Shown here: positions 43,357 to 53,820 of the stretch, piece by piece
Layout of the letters: each line of letters begins with the position of its first letter
Numbering within the stretch: position 1 is the first letter of the stretch
Assembly (NCBI GenBank): GCA_965248195.1
Contig: CBDFIQ010000002.1
Location: 832,001 to 896,000, forward strand
Source of the DNA: Longimicrobiales bacterium
GTDB lineage: Bacteria > Gemmatimonadota > Gemmatimonadetes > Longimicrobiales > Gaopeijiaceae
Length of the DNA stretch: 64,000 nt
Direction: 5' to 3'
Made by a program: the position numbers and the translations under genes
Notes under the pieces: model-generated
Database searches by the model: none
Told to the model about the DNA's origin: nothing
What the model saw: only the letters and a program-made list of their open reading frames with translations

Positions 43357-44583
43357 ATGCTTAAAGCACGCTACTACCAGAACGACGGCTCGGAGGGGAA
43401 GGCTCAGGCTCTCCCCGAATGGCTTTTCGACGGCGTCGTCCACGAGGACGTCCTGCACCAGGTGATCAAGGTCTACCTGTTGAATCAACGGCAGGGTACT
43501 GCTTCGGCCAAGTCCCGGGGCCAGGTCAAGGGCGGGGGCCGCAAGCCGTGGAGGCAGAAGGGGACCGGGCGGGCCCGCGCAGGAACGATCCGCGCCTCGC
43601 AATTTGCGGGGGGCGGGGTCGCGTTTCCGCCCATTCCGCATTCGTGGAGGCAGCGCGTCCCTCGAAAGGTCCGGGCCCTGGCTCGGCGATCCGCGTTTAA
43701 TTCCCGGGCTCAGGGAGACCGGGTAGTCCTGGTGGACCCGCTCGAGTTCGACACTCCCAAGACCAAGAAACTCGTGGAGTTGGTTGGAAAGCTCGGAGCC
43801 GAGGGAAAGGTGCTCCTCCTCACGGATGGCGGGAAGGAAAACGTCTATCTCTCGTCACGAAACCTCCCGGGCGTGGTGGTGCGGCCCTTTGGCGAGGAGT
43901 CCGCCTACGACATCCTCTGGGCCAACCTTCTCGTCATCGAGAAGACGGCGCTCGAGAGTGCCGAACCGTCCGAAACACACAGGGCCGCTATGGAATCGCG
44001 GTCCCGAGGTGAACCCGCGGTGAGGGCGAGGGAAAGGGCTGTCGAGGAGGCGCAGGCGGAGGGAAGGAAGGCAAGGGTGGGGCATGGGACGAAGTCCAGG
44101 AGCGTTACGGCGGTGAAGGCCAAGGCTGAAGTTCAGCCGGAAAGGAAAGCCGCAGCCAAGGCTAAACCGAAGTCCAAGGCCAAGGTCGAATCCGAAGCCT
44201 CGCCGGGGACGGCCAAGACGAAGGTGGCGCCCAAGGCCCAGGCCAAACCCAAGGCTGAGATCAAAGCCAAAGCCACGACCAAGCCCGAAGCCAAGGGGGT
44301 GGCCAAGGCAGAGGCGGCACCCAAGAAGAAGGCTGCACCCAAGAAGAAGGCTGCACCCAAGAAGAAGGCTGCACCGAAATCCTCGGGGGCTTCCAGGAGC
44401 GAGCTGGATCTTTCGGCCATCAAGCTGCCCAAGGTAGGTGACATGCCCGGGTTCCTCGCTCAGTTCGACACCGTATCCGATATCAAGGCCCTTATGGTGC
44501 GTGATTCACGCAAGACGGCCCAGGCCCACTACGAAGCGCGCTTGACGGAGCTTTCAGGTGCGACCAAGGGCAAGAAGGACTGA
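43357..44583 (+). CDS. rplD: 50S ribosomal protein L4 with ~200-aa Lys/Ala-rich C-terminal extension
   Basis: RQGTASAK, KPWRQKGTGRARAG; tail with PKKKAA repeats. Confidence 0.96.
   Translation: MLKARYYQNDGSEGKAQALPEWLFDGVVHEDVLHQVIKVYLLNQRQGTASAKSRGQVKGGGRKPWRQKGTGRARAGTIRASQFAGGGVAFPPIPHSWRQRVPRKVRALARRSAFNSRAQGDRVVLVDPLEFDTPKTKKLVELVGKLGAEGKVLLLTDGGKENVYLSSRNLPGVVVRPFGEESAYDILWANLLVIEKTALESAEPSETHRAAMESRSRGEPAVRARERAVEEAQAEGRKARVGHGTKSRSVTAVKAKAEVQPERKAAAKAKPKSKAKVESEASPGTAKTKVAPKAQAKPKAEIKAKATTKPEAKGVAKAEAAPKKKAAPKKKAAPKKKAAPKSSGASRSELDLSAIKLPKVGDMPGFLAQFDTVSDIKALMVRDSRKTAQAHYEARLTELSGATKGKKD
44317..44370 (+). repeat. 18-bp tandem repeat x3 (APKKKA) in rplD
   Basis: GCACCCAAGAAGAAGGCT x3. 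Confidence 0.92.
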
Positions 44584-44593
44584 GGGGGCGATA

Positions 44594-44905
44594 ATGAGCG
44601 ACGTCTATGATGTGATTTACGCGCCGGTTGTAACGGAGAAATCGGCAGCCGCGATCGAAAATGACAACGTCTACACGTTCATCGTGGACCGGAAAGCCAA
44701 CAAGATCGATATCTCGAGGGCGGTCGAGGGCATCTGGGATGTGAAGGTGAGCGACGTGCGCACGATGCGGTATCGCGGCAAGGCGAAGCGGGCGCTGATG
44801 GGACGGCTGTCCCGGAACCCGAAAGTCGGGCGCCGCACGGCGTTCAAGAAGGCCGTCGTCCAGTTGGCCGAGGGTGACCACATTGAGTTCTACGAGGTCG
44901 GATAA
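44594..44905 (+). CDS. rplW: 50S ribosomal protein L23
   Basis: [18 protein letters not shown]. Confidence 0.96.
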   Translation: MSDVYDVIYAPVVTEKSAAAIENDNVYTFIVDRKANKIDISRAVEGIWDVKVSDVRTMRYRGKAKRALMGRLSRNPKVGRRTAFKKAVVQLAEGDHIEFYEVG

Positions 44906-44910
44906 GACTG

Positions 44911-45753
44911 ATGGCTATCAAGAAATTCAAACCGATGACGCCCGGGACGCGCTTCCGCTCTGTCGTCGACAACTCCGATATTCTCACGAAGAAAGCCCCG
45001 GAGAGGTCGCTTCTCGAGGGCTTATCGAAGTCCGGCGGCCGCAACCATCACGGTCGCATCACCTCTCGCAGACGGGGGGGTGGGCACAAACGCCGTTACC
45101 GCCGCATCGACTTTCGCCGAGACAAGTTCGGCGTCCCGGGGAAGATCGCAGCCATCGAGTACGATCCGAATCGCAGTTCGAACATCGCCCTGGTTCATTA
45201 TGCGGACGGCGAGAAGCGTTACATTCTTCACCCCCGGGGCCTCCAGGTCGGTACTTCCATAATGTCGGGCCCCGATGCCGACATCCGAGTGGGTAACACA
45301 CTTCCGCTGGCCAGGGTTCCTCTCGGTACGGTGGTGCACAACATCGAGCTCAAGCCGGGCAAGGGCGGGCAGATGGCGCGCTCCGCAGGGGCGAGTGTGC
45401 AGGTGGTCGCCAAGGAGGGGAAGTACGTTGCCCTCCGCCTGCCTTCGACCGAGGTGCGGCAGGTGCTCAAGACCTGTTTGGCCACGATCGGGCAGGTCGG
45501 CAACATCGAGCACAACCTCCAGACCCTCGGCAAGGCGGGAGCCAACCGCTGGCGGGGTCGGCGGCCGAAGGTAAGGGGAGTGGCGATGAACCCGGTGGAC
45601 CATCCGCTCGGTGGCGGAGAGGGGCGGGCTTCAGGTGGTCGGCCTCCGGTAACGCCATGGGGTAAACGTGAGGGCAAGAAGACGAGGAATAGGAAGAAAA
45701 AATCCAACAAGTACATCATCCGCGGACGCAAGCGGGGCAAGGCGACGCAATGA
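44911..45753 (+). CDS. rplB: 50S ribosomal protein L2
   Basis: [19 protein letters not shown]. Confidence 0.99.
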   Translation: MAIKKFKPMTPGTRFRSVVDNSDILTKKAPERSLLEGLSKSGGRNHHGRITSRRRGGGHKRRYRRIDFRRDKFGVPGKIAAIEYDPNRSSNIALVHYADGEKRYILHPRGLQVGTSIMSGPDADIRVGNTLPLARVPLGTVVHNIELKPGKGGQMARSAGASVQVVAKEGKYVALRLPSTEVRQVLKTCLATIGQVGNIEHNLQTLGKAGANRWRGRRPKVRGVAMNPVDHPLGGGEGRASGGRPPVTPWGKREGKKTRNRKKKSNKYIIRGRKRGKATQ

Positions 45754-45853
45754 AGTCCCGAATCTCGACGGACCATGGCATACCGGGTACCCGTGCGATG
45801 GCACGGGTGGCGGCTCACTCTACTTCTTCCGCAGCCTTCTAGAGGGCGAATTT

Positions 45854-46141
45854 ATGCCGCGTAGCATCAAAAAGGGCCCGTACATCAACGAAAAGCTACT
45901 CGCGAAGGTCGACATCATGAACGCCCGCAATGAGAAAAACGTCATCAAGACCTGGGCGAGGGCGTCCACGATTTCACCGGACTTCGTCGGGCATACTATC
46001 GCGGTGCACAACGGCAACAAGTTTATACCCGTGTACATCACGGAAAACATGGTGGGCCACAAGCTCGGAGAGTTCTCCCCCACGCGCCTGTTCAGGGGTC
46101 ACGGTGGAAAACTTTCCGACAAACGGTCCACGATAGGATAG
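45854..46141 (+). CDS. rpsS: 30S ribosomal protein S19
   Basis: [20 protein letters not shown]. Confidence 0.98.
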   Translation: MPRSIKKGPYINEKLLAKVDIMNARNEKNVIKTWARASTISPDFVGHTIAVHNGNKFIPVYITENMVGHKLGEFSPTRLFRGHGGKLSDKRSTIG

Positions 46142-46149
46142 CGGGAAGA

Positions 46150-46506
46150 ATGGACATACAGGCCAAGGCGATTGCCCGACAGGTGCGGATGAGTCCACGG
46201 AAGGTCCGCTTGGTGGTGGACCAGATCCGCGGGAAGTCGGTAAACGAGGCCTACGCGATTCTTCAGTTTTCGAAGAAGGCAGCCGCGGATGCGGTCGGGA
46301 AAACACTCCGATCGGCGGTGGCGAACGCCCAGAATAAGGCGCAGGATTCGGGGGATGTCCTCGATGTCGACGAATTGAGGATAACGACCGCCTTCGTCGA
46401 TGGGGGACCGACGCAGAGGCGTTGGCGCGCGGCGGCCATGGGCCGGGCGGCTCCCCTTCGGAAGCGGACGAGCCATATCACCGTTGTCGTGGACACCAGG
46501 AAATAG
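46150..46506 (+). CDS. rplV: 50S ribosomal protein L22
   Basis: [17 protein letters not shown]. Confidence 0.98.
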   Translation: MDIQAKAIARQVRMSPRKVRLVVDQIRGKSVNEAYAILQFSKKAAADAVGKTLRSAVANAQNKAQDSGDVLDVDELRITTAFVDGGPTQRRWRAAAMGRAAPLRKRTSHITVVVDTRK

Positions 46507-46507
46507 T

Positions 46508-47167
46508 ATGGGACAGAAAACTCACCCGTTGGGATTTCGACTCGGGATCGTCAAAGATTGGCGGTCTCGCTGGTACGCCGATCGTGATTTTCCGCGCATG
46601 CTTCAGGAGGACGAAAAGATCCGTACCTACCTCGAGCGGCGGCTGGCGCACGCGGCGTTGTCCAGGGTGGAGATCGAGCAGAAGCCGTCGAAGATCGTCG
46701 TGACTCTTTTCACCGCCCGACCCGGTGTCGTCATCGGCAAGCGTGGTGCCGAGGTCGACAAATTGAGGGACGAGCTGGCGCTGGTCACCAACGCCGACAT
46801 CTCGGTAAACGTGGAAGAAATTCGGCGTCCCGAGGTCGATGCTCGGCTGGTGGCGGAGAACGTGGCCCACCAGCTGCGGCAGCGGATCTCCTTTCGGCGA
46901 GCGATGAAACGAGCGGTCCAGTCGGCGATTCGGGGTGGAGCAGAGGGCATCAAGATTCAGTGTGCGGGCCGGTTGGGTGGTGCGGAGATCGCACGAACCG
47001 AGGGTTACAACGAGGGACGTGTGCCCCTGCATACGCTCCGCGCCGACATCGACTACGCACAGATACACGCGAATACGACGTACGGAATCGTCGGGGTGAA
47101 GTGCTGGATCTTCACCGGCGAAGTGGTCGAGGAGCGCCGCGGGCGCACGTACTCCACCGGCTCATGA
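46508..47167 (+). CDS. rpsC: 30S ribosomal protein S3
   Basis: [26 protein letters not shown]. Confidence 0.98.
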   Translation: MGQKTHPLGFRLGIVKDWRSRWYADRDFPRMLQEDEKIRTYLERRLAHAALSRVEIEQKPSKIVVTLFTARPGVVIGKRGAEVDKLRDELALVTNADISVNVEEIRRPEVDARLVAENVAHQLRQRISFRRAMKRAVQSAIRGGAEGIKIQCAGRLGGAEIARTEGYNEGRVPLHTLRADIDYAQIHANTTYGIVGVKCWIFTGEVVEERRGRTYSTGS

Positions 47168-47190
47168 CGAAGAGGAATGAGGAATAGAGA

Positions 47191-47610
47191 ATGCTAGCGC
47201 CCAAACGAGTAAAACACCGCAAGACCCATAAGGGCCGGATGCGTGGCAAGGCCTATCGCGGCAATAAGGTCTCCTTCGGTGAATACGGTCTGCAGACGAC
47301 CGAGTGCGGCTGGATCTCGAACCGACAGATCGAAGCCGCCCGTGTTGCGATGACCCGTCACATGAAGCGGGGTGGGAAGGTTTGGATCCGGATTTTTCCG
47401 GACAAGCCGATCACCTCCAAGCCCGCCGAAACCCGCATGGGGAAGGGAAAGGGTAATCCCGAGGGTTGGGTGGCCGTGGTCAAACCCGGCCGAATGATGT
47501 TCGAACTCGAGGGTGTGCCTGAGGAGACCGCACGGCGGGCTATGGAGTTGGCGGCAGCCAAGCTGCCGGTGGCCACACAGTTCGTCGCTCGTGAGCGGCA
47601 ACTAGGTTAG
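47191..47610 (+). CDS. rplP: 50S ribosomal protein L16
   Basis: MLAPKR, RMGKGKG. Confidence 0.98.
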   Translation: MLAPKRVKHRKTHKGRMRGKAYRGNKVSFGEYGLQTTECGWISNRQIEAARVAMTRHMKRGGKVWIRIFPDKPITSKPAETRMGKGKGNPEGWVAVVKPGRMMFELEGVPEETARRAMELAAAKLPVATQFVARERQLG

Positions 47611-47617
47611 TGAGGAG

Positions 47618-47893
47618 ATGATGAAGGCCGCAGATATTCGCGATTGGGATGATGTCGAGATCCGGGCACGGCTCGGAGAGTTGAGAGAGGAGAAATTTCG
47701 CCTTCGCTTTCGGATGGGGACCATGGAACTCGAGAATCCCAAGATGCTTCAGCACATTCGGCGGGACGTTGCGCGCCTGAACACAATTCTTCGGGAGCGA
47801 GAGCTTTCTGAGACTGCGGATGAGACGCCCGAGACGACGGACGAGACGACGGACGAGACGACGGACGAGACGACGGACGAGACGACGGAATAG
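47618..47893 (+). CDS. rpmC: 50S ribosomal protein L29 with acidic (ETTD)n tail
   Basis: ELENP, RRDVARLNT; 12-bp repeat tail 47831-47890. Confidence 0.95.
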   Translation: MMKAADIRDWDDVEIRARLGELREEKFRLRFRMGTMELENPKMLQHIRRDVARLNTILRERELSETADETPETTDETTDETTDETTDETTE

Positions 47894-47905
47894 AGCGGAA
47901 TTGTT

Positions 47906-48250
47906 ATGACAGAAAAAACATCCGAGACGGTCGAGCAGGCTGAGGTGGCTGAGGCGGCTGAGGTGGCTGAGGTGGCTGAGGTGGCGGAGGTGGGCGGAGC
48001 CCGGCTGCGGCGTAAAATTCGGACCGGGGTGGTGGTGTCCGACCAGAATGACAAGACGGTGACTGTACTCGTAGAACGGCAGTTCGCCCATCCGCTCTAT
48101 ACGAAGCAGGTTAAGAAAACCAAGAAATACCGGGCGCATGACGAAAACAACGAATATAAAACGGGTGATGTGGTTCGGATTACCGAAACACGGCCGCTCT
48201 CGAAAACGAAACGGTGGCGTGTCATAGGGCTGCACGAACGCTCTGAGTAA
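47906..48250 (+). CDS. rpsQ: 30S ribosomal protein S17 with (AEV)n N-terminal extension
   Basis: [27 protein letters not shown]; 9-bp repeats 47939-47992. Confidence 0.96.
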   Translation: MTEKTSETVEQAEVAEAAEVAEVAEVAEVGGARLRRKIRTGVVVSDQNDKTVTVLVERQFAHPLYTKQVKKTKKYRAHDENNEYKTGDVVRITETRPLSKTKRWRVIGLHERSE

Positions 48251-48265
48251 TGGGACTAGGACGAA

Positions 48266-48634
48266 ATGATTCAGCAGGAATCGATGCTCAAAATTGCCGA
48301 TAACTCGGGAGCCAAGAGCGCATTGTGTATTCGCGTTCTGGGCGGCTCGAAGCGCCGATACGCGAGTATCGGCGATGTGGTCGTCGTGACCGTCAAGGAT
48401 GCCATTCCAAACTCGCCCGTAAAAAAGGGTGAGGTCGTAAGGGCCGTGATCGTGCGGACCGCCAAGGAGGTACGGCGCCGCGACGGAACCTATATCCGTT
48501 TCGACGACAACGCGGCGGTGCTGCTCACGCCACAGGGAGAGCCTCAGGGGACACGCATCTTCGGCCCGGTCGGCCGTGAGCTGCGTGAGAAGCGATATAT
48601 GAAAATCGTTTCATTGGCTCCGGAGGTGCTTTGA
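48266..48634 (+). CDS. rplN: 50S ribosomal protein L14
   Basis: ADNSGAK, IRFDDNA. Confidence 0.99.
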   Translation: MIQQESMLKIADNSGAKSALCIRVLGGSKRRYASIGDVVVVTVKDAIPNSPVKKGEVVRAVIVRTAKEVRRRDGTYIRFDDNAAVLLTPQGEPQGTRIFGPVGRELREKRYMKIVSLAPEVL

Positions 48635-48972
48635 TGGCCAGGAAGAAGTTGCCGTCGAGCATCGTCAAAGGGGATCGCGTCCGGGTCATCCGCGGTAACT
48701 TCCGTGATATGGAAGGGCCCGTTCTCAGGGTAATCCCTGCCAAGGAGCGCGTGGTTATAGAGGGCGTCAACATGCGGAAGCGCCATGAGAGACCCAGCGA
48801 AGCAAATCCCGAGGGTGGGATTGTGACGTTTGAAGCGCCGATCCATGTCTCCAACGTCATGCTGGTGGATCCGGCTGGGGGTCAGGCGAGTCGGATTCGC
48901 GTTCGGACGGAGGCTGATGGTGCCAAGGAGAGGATCGCCGTGAAGACCGGCAATCCGATCCCCAAACCGTAA
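48634..48972 (+). CDS. rplX: 50S ribosomal protein L24
   Basis: KGDRVRVI, EAPIHVSNV. Confidence 0.97.
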   Translation: MARKKLPSSIVKGDRVRVIRGNFRDMEGPVLRVIPAKERVVIEGVNMRKRHERPSEANPEGGIVTFEAPIHVSNVMLVDPAGGQASRIRVRTEADGAKERIAVKTGNPIPKP

Positions 48973-48988
48973 GTGGGGGCGTAGGAGA

Positions 48989-49564
48989 ATGGAGCCCAGA
49001 CTACTGAGACATTACAAGGAATATGCGCGGCCCAAATTGGCCGAGCAGTTCCAGTGGAATAACCCGAACCGGATCCCCAAAATCGAGAAAATCGTCCTGA
49101 ACGTTGGTGTGGGCGAGGCGTCGAAGAACGCCAAGCTCCTGACTGCCGTGGTCGATGAATTGGGTGTGATCACCGGACAGAAGGCCGTGGTGACCCGGGC
49201 GCGGAGATCCGTTTCGAATTTCCAGTTGCGTCAGGGAATGCCTATCGGAGCAACGGTGACGCTGCGGAAGAGCCGGATGTACGAGTTTCTGGATCGTCTC
49301 GTGAGCGTGGCCATCCCGCGTGTCCGAGACTTCCGCGGGTTACGTACGCGCTCCTTCGACGGCCGTGGTAACTTCACGATGGGCGTTCGGGAGCAGATCA
49401 TTTTTCCGGAGATCGACTTCGACAAGGTCGGTCAGATTCACGGAATGGACATCACCGTGGTCACGACCACGGATAAAGACGATGAAGCACTGGCACTGCT
49501 CAGGGCGATGGGCTTTCCGTTCCGGGGGGAAATTCCGGTAATCATCGAGCAGAACGCCAACTAA
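48989..49564 (+). CDS. rplE: 50S ribosomal protein L5
   Basis: PKIEKIVLN, PRVRDFRG. Confidence 0.98.
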   Translation: MEPRLLRHYKEYARPKLAEQFQWNNPNRIPKIEKIVLNVGVGEASKNAKLLTAVVDELGVITGQKAVVTRARRSVSNFQLRQGMPIGATVTLRKSRMYEFLDRLVSVAIPRVRDFRGLRTRSFDGRGNFTMGVREQIIFPEIDFDKVGQIHGMDITVVTTTDKDDEALALLRAMGFPFRGEIPVIIEQNAN

Positions 49565-49582
49565 CACGGATAGGGGAAGTCG

Positions 49583-49768
49583 ATGGCCAGGAAGGCTCTG
49601 ATCGAAAGGAACAATCGCAAGCCCAAGTTCCCGGGCCGGCACCGCAATCGCTGTAATCGGTGCGGACGCCCTCGTGGGTTCATCCGGAAGTTTGGACTCT
49701 GCCGTATCTGTTTCCGCCAGAAGGCGCTCCAAGGTGAAATTCCGGGCGTCCGAAAAGCAAGCTGGTAA
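49583..49768 (+). CDS. rpsN: 30S ribosomal protein S14 (short Zn-binding type)
   Basis: [15 protein letters not shown]. Confidence 0.97.
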   Translation: MARKALIERNNRKPKFPGRHRNRCNRCGRPRGFIRKFGLCRICFRQKALQGEIPGVRKASW

Positions 49769-49783
49769 GGATCGAATCGAACA

Positions 49784-50176
49784 ATGATGACTGACCCCAT
49801 CGCGGATATGCTCACTCGGATCCGGAACGCCGGAGCCGCAGGGCACAAGTGGGTGGACATGCCGGTCTCGAAGCTGAAGACCAAGGTGGCCGACCTACTG
49901 AAGGACAACCACTTTATTTATGATTTCAAGGTCTTGGACGACGGTCGATTCGGGGTGCTTCGTGTGTATCTGAAATATCACGAAGAGGGCCCCGTCATCC
50001 GGCATTTGGAGCGGGTCTCCCGTCCGGGCCGGAGACGCTACGTGGCCCTCGACGAGATTCCACGGGTTCGGAATGGGCTGGGGATGGCCATCCTTTCCAC
50101 GTCGCAAGGCCTGATGTCGGACCGAGTGGCTCGTAAACGGGGCGTTGGCGGAGAACTCATGGCCCTCGTCTGGTAA
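49784..50176 (+). CDS. rpsH: 30S ribosomal protein S8
   Basis: DPIADMLTRIRN. Confidence 0.98.
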   Translation: MMTDPIADMLTRIRNAGAAGHKWVDMPVSKLKTKVADLLKDNHFIYDFKVLDDGRFGVLRVYLKYHEEGPVIRHLERVSRPGRRRYVALDEIPRVRNGLGMAILSTSQGLMSDRVARKRGVGGELMALVW

Positions 50177-50205
50177 ATCGGAATCGAGATTGAACGAGAT
50201 AGCAG

Positions 50206-50751
50206 ATGTCACGGATTGGTAAACAGCCGATTGAAGTTCCCCAGGGGGCCGACGTGACCCTCAACGGGCAAGCAGTGCACGTAAGGGGTCCGAAGGGGGA
50301 GCTCACCTTCGATGTCCATCCGGACATCAGTGTGACCATGGACGACCGAGTGGTTAAGGTGACGAGGTCTTCTGACGAGCCCAAGCACCGTGCTCTACAC
50401 GGTCTGACCCGAATGTTGGTCGCCAACATGGTCGAGGGTGTCACGAACGGGTACAGCAAGACACTGGAGATTCAGGGCGTCGGGTATCGTGCCATAAAAA
50501 AGGGCTCCGGCATCCAGTTGCACCTTGGCTTCTCGCACACGATCGATTATCCGGCTCCAGACGATGTAAGCCTGGACCTGCCGGACCAGACGACGATTGT
50601 CATCACAGGAGTGGACAAGCAGAAGGTGGGCCAGGCGGCTGCCGAGATTCGCGCCTTCCGGCCACCCGAGCCGTATAAGGGCAAGGGGATTCGGTACAAG
50701 GGCGAATATGTACGGCGTAAGGCCGGCAAGACCGCGGGAGCCGAGCGGTAG
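50206..50751 (+). CDS. rplF: 50S ribosomal protein L6
   Basis: MSRIGK, PEPYKGKGIRY. Confidence 0.98.
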   Translation: MSRIGKQPIEVPQGADVTLNGQAVHVRGPKGELTFDVHPDISVTMDDRVVKVTRSSDEPKHRALHGLTRMLVANMVEGVTNGYSKTLEIQGVGYRAIKKGSGIQLHLGFSHTIDYPAPDDVSLDLPDQTTIVITGVDKQKVGQAAAEIRAFRPPEPYKGKGIRYKGEYVRRKAGKTAGAER

Positions 50752-51135
50752 ATGAGCAACAAGAAATCCGTTACCACCCGCGAGGGCCAGCGCAAACGAC
50801 GGCACGCCCGCGTTCGTAAGAAGATCTGGGGCACGGCGGGGCGCCCGCGGCTCGTCGTGTTCCGATCATTGAAGAATTTCGAGGGTCAGGTCGTCGATGA
50901 CGATGCGGGGCGGACGCTTGTGGGTCTTTCCACGCTTTGCGCTGATCTCTCCAACTTCAAGGCCGAGGGTCGAAACGTGGGGGTCGAGCGGGCCAGAGCC
51001 GCCGGCAAGCTCCTCGCTGATCGGGCCAAAGCCATTGGGGTGGAGGCGGTCGTGTTCGATCGCGCAGGATACCAGTATCATGGCCGGGTGAAAGCCTTCG
51101 CAGAGGGCGCCCGGGAGGGAGGACTGAAGTTCTGA
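50752..51135 (+). CDS. rplR: 50S ribosomal protein L18
   Basis: [16 protein letters not shown]. Confidence 0.98.
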   Translation: MSNKKSVTTREGQRKRRHARVRKKIWGTAGRPRLVVFRSLKNFEGQVVDDDAGRTLVGLSTLCADLSNFKAEGRNVGVERARAAGKLLADRAKAIGVEAVVFDRAGYQYHGRVKAFAEGAREGGLKF

Positions 51136-51668
51136 TGGCCAGAGACCAGAAACGTAAACAGGGTCGAGCGCGCGAATCCGAGTTCGCCGAAAACGTGATC
51201 CATATCAACCGGGTGGCCAAGGTGGTAAAGGGTGGTCGCAGGTTCTCCTTTACGGCGTTGGTGTCCGTCGGAGATCAGAAGGGTCGGGTCGGTATCGGGC
51301 TCGCCAAGGCGAATGAGGTCGCCGAAGCCATCCGTAAGGCGTTCGAGCGGGGCAAGCGGGAGCTCATAGAGATTCCCGTCCAGAACGGGACCATTCCGCA
51401 CGAAATCGTTGGCGAGTGGGGTGCCGGCCGTGTGATGCTTCGTCCGGCGGCGCCCGGTACGGGCGTGATCGCAGGTGGCCCGGTCCGGTCGGTACTCGAG
51501 GCGGTGGGGATCAAGGACATCCTGACCAAAAGCCTGGGCAGCAACAACCCGATTAATGTCGTCCGCGCCACGATGGACGGTCTCACGCACCTGGTCACCG
51601 CCGAGCAAGTTGCTCGCGAACGGGGCGTGTCCGTGGAGGTAATTCTGGGGATCGGCGACGATGCCTAA
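51135..51668 (+). CDS. rpsE: 30S ribosomal protein S5
   Basis: [13 protein letters not shown]. Confidence 0.98.
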   Translation: MARDQKRKQGRARESEFAENVIHINRVAKVVKGGRRFSFTALVSVGDQKGRVGIGLAKANEVAEAIRKAFERGKRELIEIPVQNGTIPHEIVGEWGAGRVMLRPAAPGTGVIAGGPVRSVLEAVGIKDILTKSLGSNNPINVVRATMDGLTHLVTAEQVARERGVSVEVILGIGDDA

Positions 51669-51846
51669 GAAACTGGCCATAACGCAGGTCCGCAGTGGTG
51701 TGGGGCGGAAGTTCAAGCATCGCCGTACGTTGTCGGCGCTCGGCTTCAAGAAGCACCAGCAGACGGTGGTCCACGACGACAGCCCGGCTCTTCGCGGTAT
51801 GTTGCGGCAAGTCCACTACCTCGTTCAAGTCAATGAGATTGAGTAA
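51661..51846 (+). CDS. rpmD: 50S ribosomal protein L30
   Basis: ITQVRS, TLSALG, RGML; position. Confidence 0.95.
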   Translation: MPKKLAITQVRSGVGRKFKHRRTLSALGFKKHQQTVVHDDSPALRGMLRQVHYLVQVNEIE

Positions 51847-52490
51847 TGGCTGAGTTACACGAGCTACGTCCCGCGGCTGGGTCGCACCGGAGCGGCAAGC
51901 GAAAGGGTCGGGGTCCAGGGTCCGGGAAGGGCAAAACCGCCGGACGTGGCGAGAATGGGCAAAAATCCCGAAGTGGTGGCTCGGTCCGCCCGGGTTTCGA
52001 AGGCGGTCAGATGCCGCTGCAGCGCCGCATTCCGAAGCGCGGGTTCACGCCCCGTAGACGCCACGTCTACCAGATCGTGAACGTGGGGCAGCTGGCTCGC
52101 GTGGAGGGCATGACCGTCAACGCTCAAACGCTGAGGGACGCGGGCTTGATCCGCTCTACCAAGGGCCTAATCAAAGTCCTTGCCATGGGCGAGCTGAGTC
52201 AGGCGTACTCGGTCGAGGCGCATAAGTTCAGTGGAGGCGCCGCGGCCAAGATCGAGGCGGCCGGCGGAAGCGTCACCACGTTGGGTCCGGTGGTCAGAGC
52301 GGCGGATCCGGCGGTCAAGGCCGAACCGGCACTGAAAGCCCAACCGGCAGTGGCGCCGGAACCCGAGGCTGCTGCGGAGCCCGATCCGGAACCCGCGGCA
52401 GATCCAGAAACGGCGTCGGATTCGGAATCGGACGTAGACTCGGAGCCGGTCGGCGATTCGGACTTGGCGGAAGCGGAGAACGATGGCTAA
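51846..52490 (+). CDS. rplO: 50S ribosomal protein L15 with ~68-aa acidic Pro/Ala-rich tail
   Basis: GRGPGSGKGKT, GFEGGQMPL. Confidence 0.96.
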   Translation: MAELHELRPAAGSHRSGKRKGRGPGSGKGKTAGRGENGQKSRSGGSVRPGFEGGQMPLQRRIPKRGFTPRRRHVYQIVNVGQLARVEGMTVNAQTLRDAGLIRSTKGLIKVLAMGELSQAYSVEAHKFSGGAAAKIEAAGGSVTTLGPVVRAADPAVKAEPALKAQPAVAPEPEAAAEPDPEPAADPETASDSESDVDSEPVGDSDLAEAENDG

Positions 52491-53796
52491 CCCGATCCCG
52501 AATCTTTTCCGGGTTCCGGAGCTCAAAGAGAAGATTCTCTTTACGCTGTTCATTCTCCTCATTTATCGGTTCGGCGCGCACATCACCGTGCCGGGTGTGG
52601 ATGTGGGGGTCCTGCGCGTGCAGTTCGGAGCGCTCTCGGGCGGAATCTTGGGCATCTACGACATGTTCGTGGGCGGAGGCCTGAGCCGGGCTACCATCTT
52701 GGCCCTCGGGATCATGCCGTATATCTCGGCCAGCATCATGTTTCAATTGCTGGCTGCTGTCTTCCCCACGGTGGAGAAGCTGCAGAAGGAGGGTGAGGAC
52801 GGTCGCCAGAAGCTGACCCAGTGGACCCGCTACACCACGGTAGTCCTGAGTGTCGTCCAGGGCTTCAGCTACGCCGCCTTCCTCAACACCACTGGAGCCG
52901 TTCGGGATCCCGGGTTCATCTTCAATCTAACGACGACGGTGACGCTCACGGTCGGCGCCATATTCGTGATGTGGCTCGGTGAGCAGATCACCGAGCGGGG
53001 GATCGGAAACGGAATGTCGCTTCTGATCTTCTTCTCCATCATCGAGGGCTTCCCGGCAGCCGTGGCTCGGACGTGGGAATCGTTCATCGCTGGCCAGATT
53101 CAAATCTTCGCCCTAGTCGGATTGGTGGTCGTTCTGGTGGGAATTACCGCCGCCGTGGTGGCGATGACGATGGGCTCCCGGAAGATTCCCGTTCAGATTC
53201 CCCGGAAGGTGGTAGGACGCGGGCGGATCCGCGAAGGACAGAAGAGCTTCGTTCCTCTTCGAGTCAACTCCGCGGGCGTCATGCCGATCATCTTCGCTCA
53301 GTCCTTCATCGTGGTGCCGGGGACGATGGCGCAACTCATGGGGCAGACTGGGGGCTTCCTCGATGTTGTTGCAGACATCTTCCAACCCGGCCCCGTTTAT
53401 TACGTCACTTACGGTTTTCTGATCGTCTTTTTCACCTACTTCTACACGGCCATCATTTTCAACCCCGTCGATCTGGCCGAGAACCTGAAGAAGCAAGGAG
53501 CCTTCATCCCGGGTGTGAAGCCCGGGGCGCGGACGGCCGAATACATCGATCGGGTGTTGACCCGTGTCACGCTTCCGGGATCGGTCTATTTGGCGCTCAT
53601 CGCTTTGGTCCCTTTCTGGATCTTCAGCCTCTTCAACATCCAAACGTTTTTTTTCGGAGGCACGGGTCTGCTGATTGTGGTGGGTGTAGGACTCGATACG
53701 GTGCAACAGGCGCAGCAACACCTCTTGCTGCGCCACTATGACGGTTTCATGAAGAAGGGCCGCGTGAAAATGCGTGGCCGGTCTCGATACGTATAG
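52483..53796 (+). CDS. secY: preprotein translocase subunit SecY
   Basis: LGIMPYISASI, GIGNGMSL, FIPGVKPG. Confidence 0.99.
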   Translation: MANPIPNLFRVPELKEKILFTLFILLIYRFGAHITVPGVDVGVLRVQFGALSGGILGIYDMFVGGGLSRATILALGIMPYISASIMFQLLAAVFPTVEKLQKEGEDGRQKLTQWTRYTTVVLSVVQGFSYAAFLNTTGAVRDPGFIFNLTTTVTLTVGAIFVMWLGEQITERGIGNGMSLLIFFSIIEGFPAAVARTWESFIAGQIQIFALVGLVVVLVGITAAVVAMTMGSRKIPVQIPRKVVGRGRIREGQKSFVPLRVNSAGVMPIIFAQSFIVVPGTMAQLMGQTGGFLDVVADIFQPGPVYYVTYGFLIVFFTYFYTAIIFNPVDLAENLKKQGAFIPGVKPGARTAEYIDRVLTRVTLPGSVYLALIALVPFWIFSLFNIQTFFFGGTGLLIVVGVGLDTVQQAQQHLLLRHYDGFMKKGRVKMRGRSRYV

Positions 53797-53820
53797 TCGG
53801 GTCGAGGAGAGGCTTCCACC

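Noticed and set aside
45789..45808. Perfect hairpin ACCCGTGC-GATG-GCACGGGT between rplB and rpsS as a terminator
   Set aside because: No U-tract and it is mid-operon; at most a stability or processing element.
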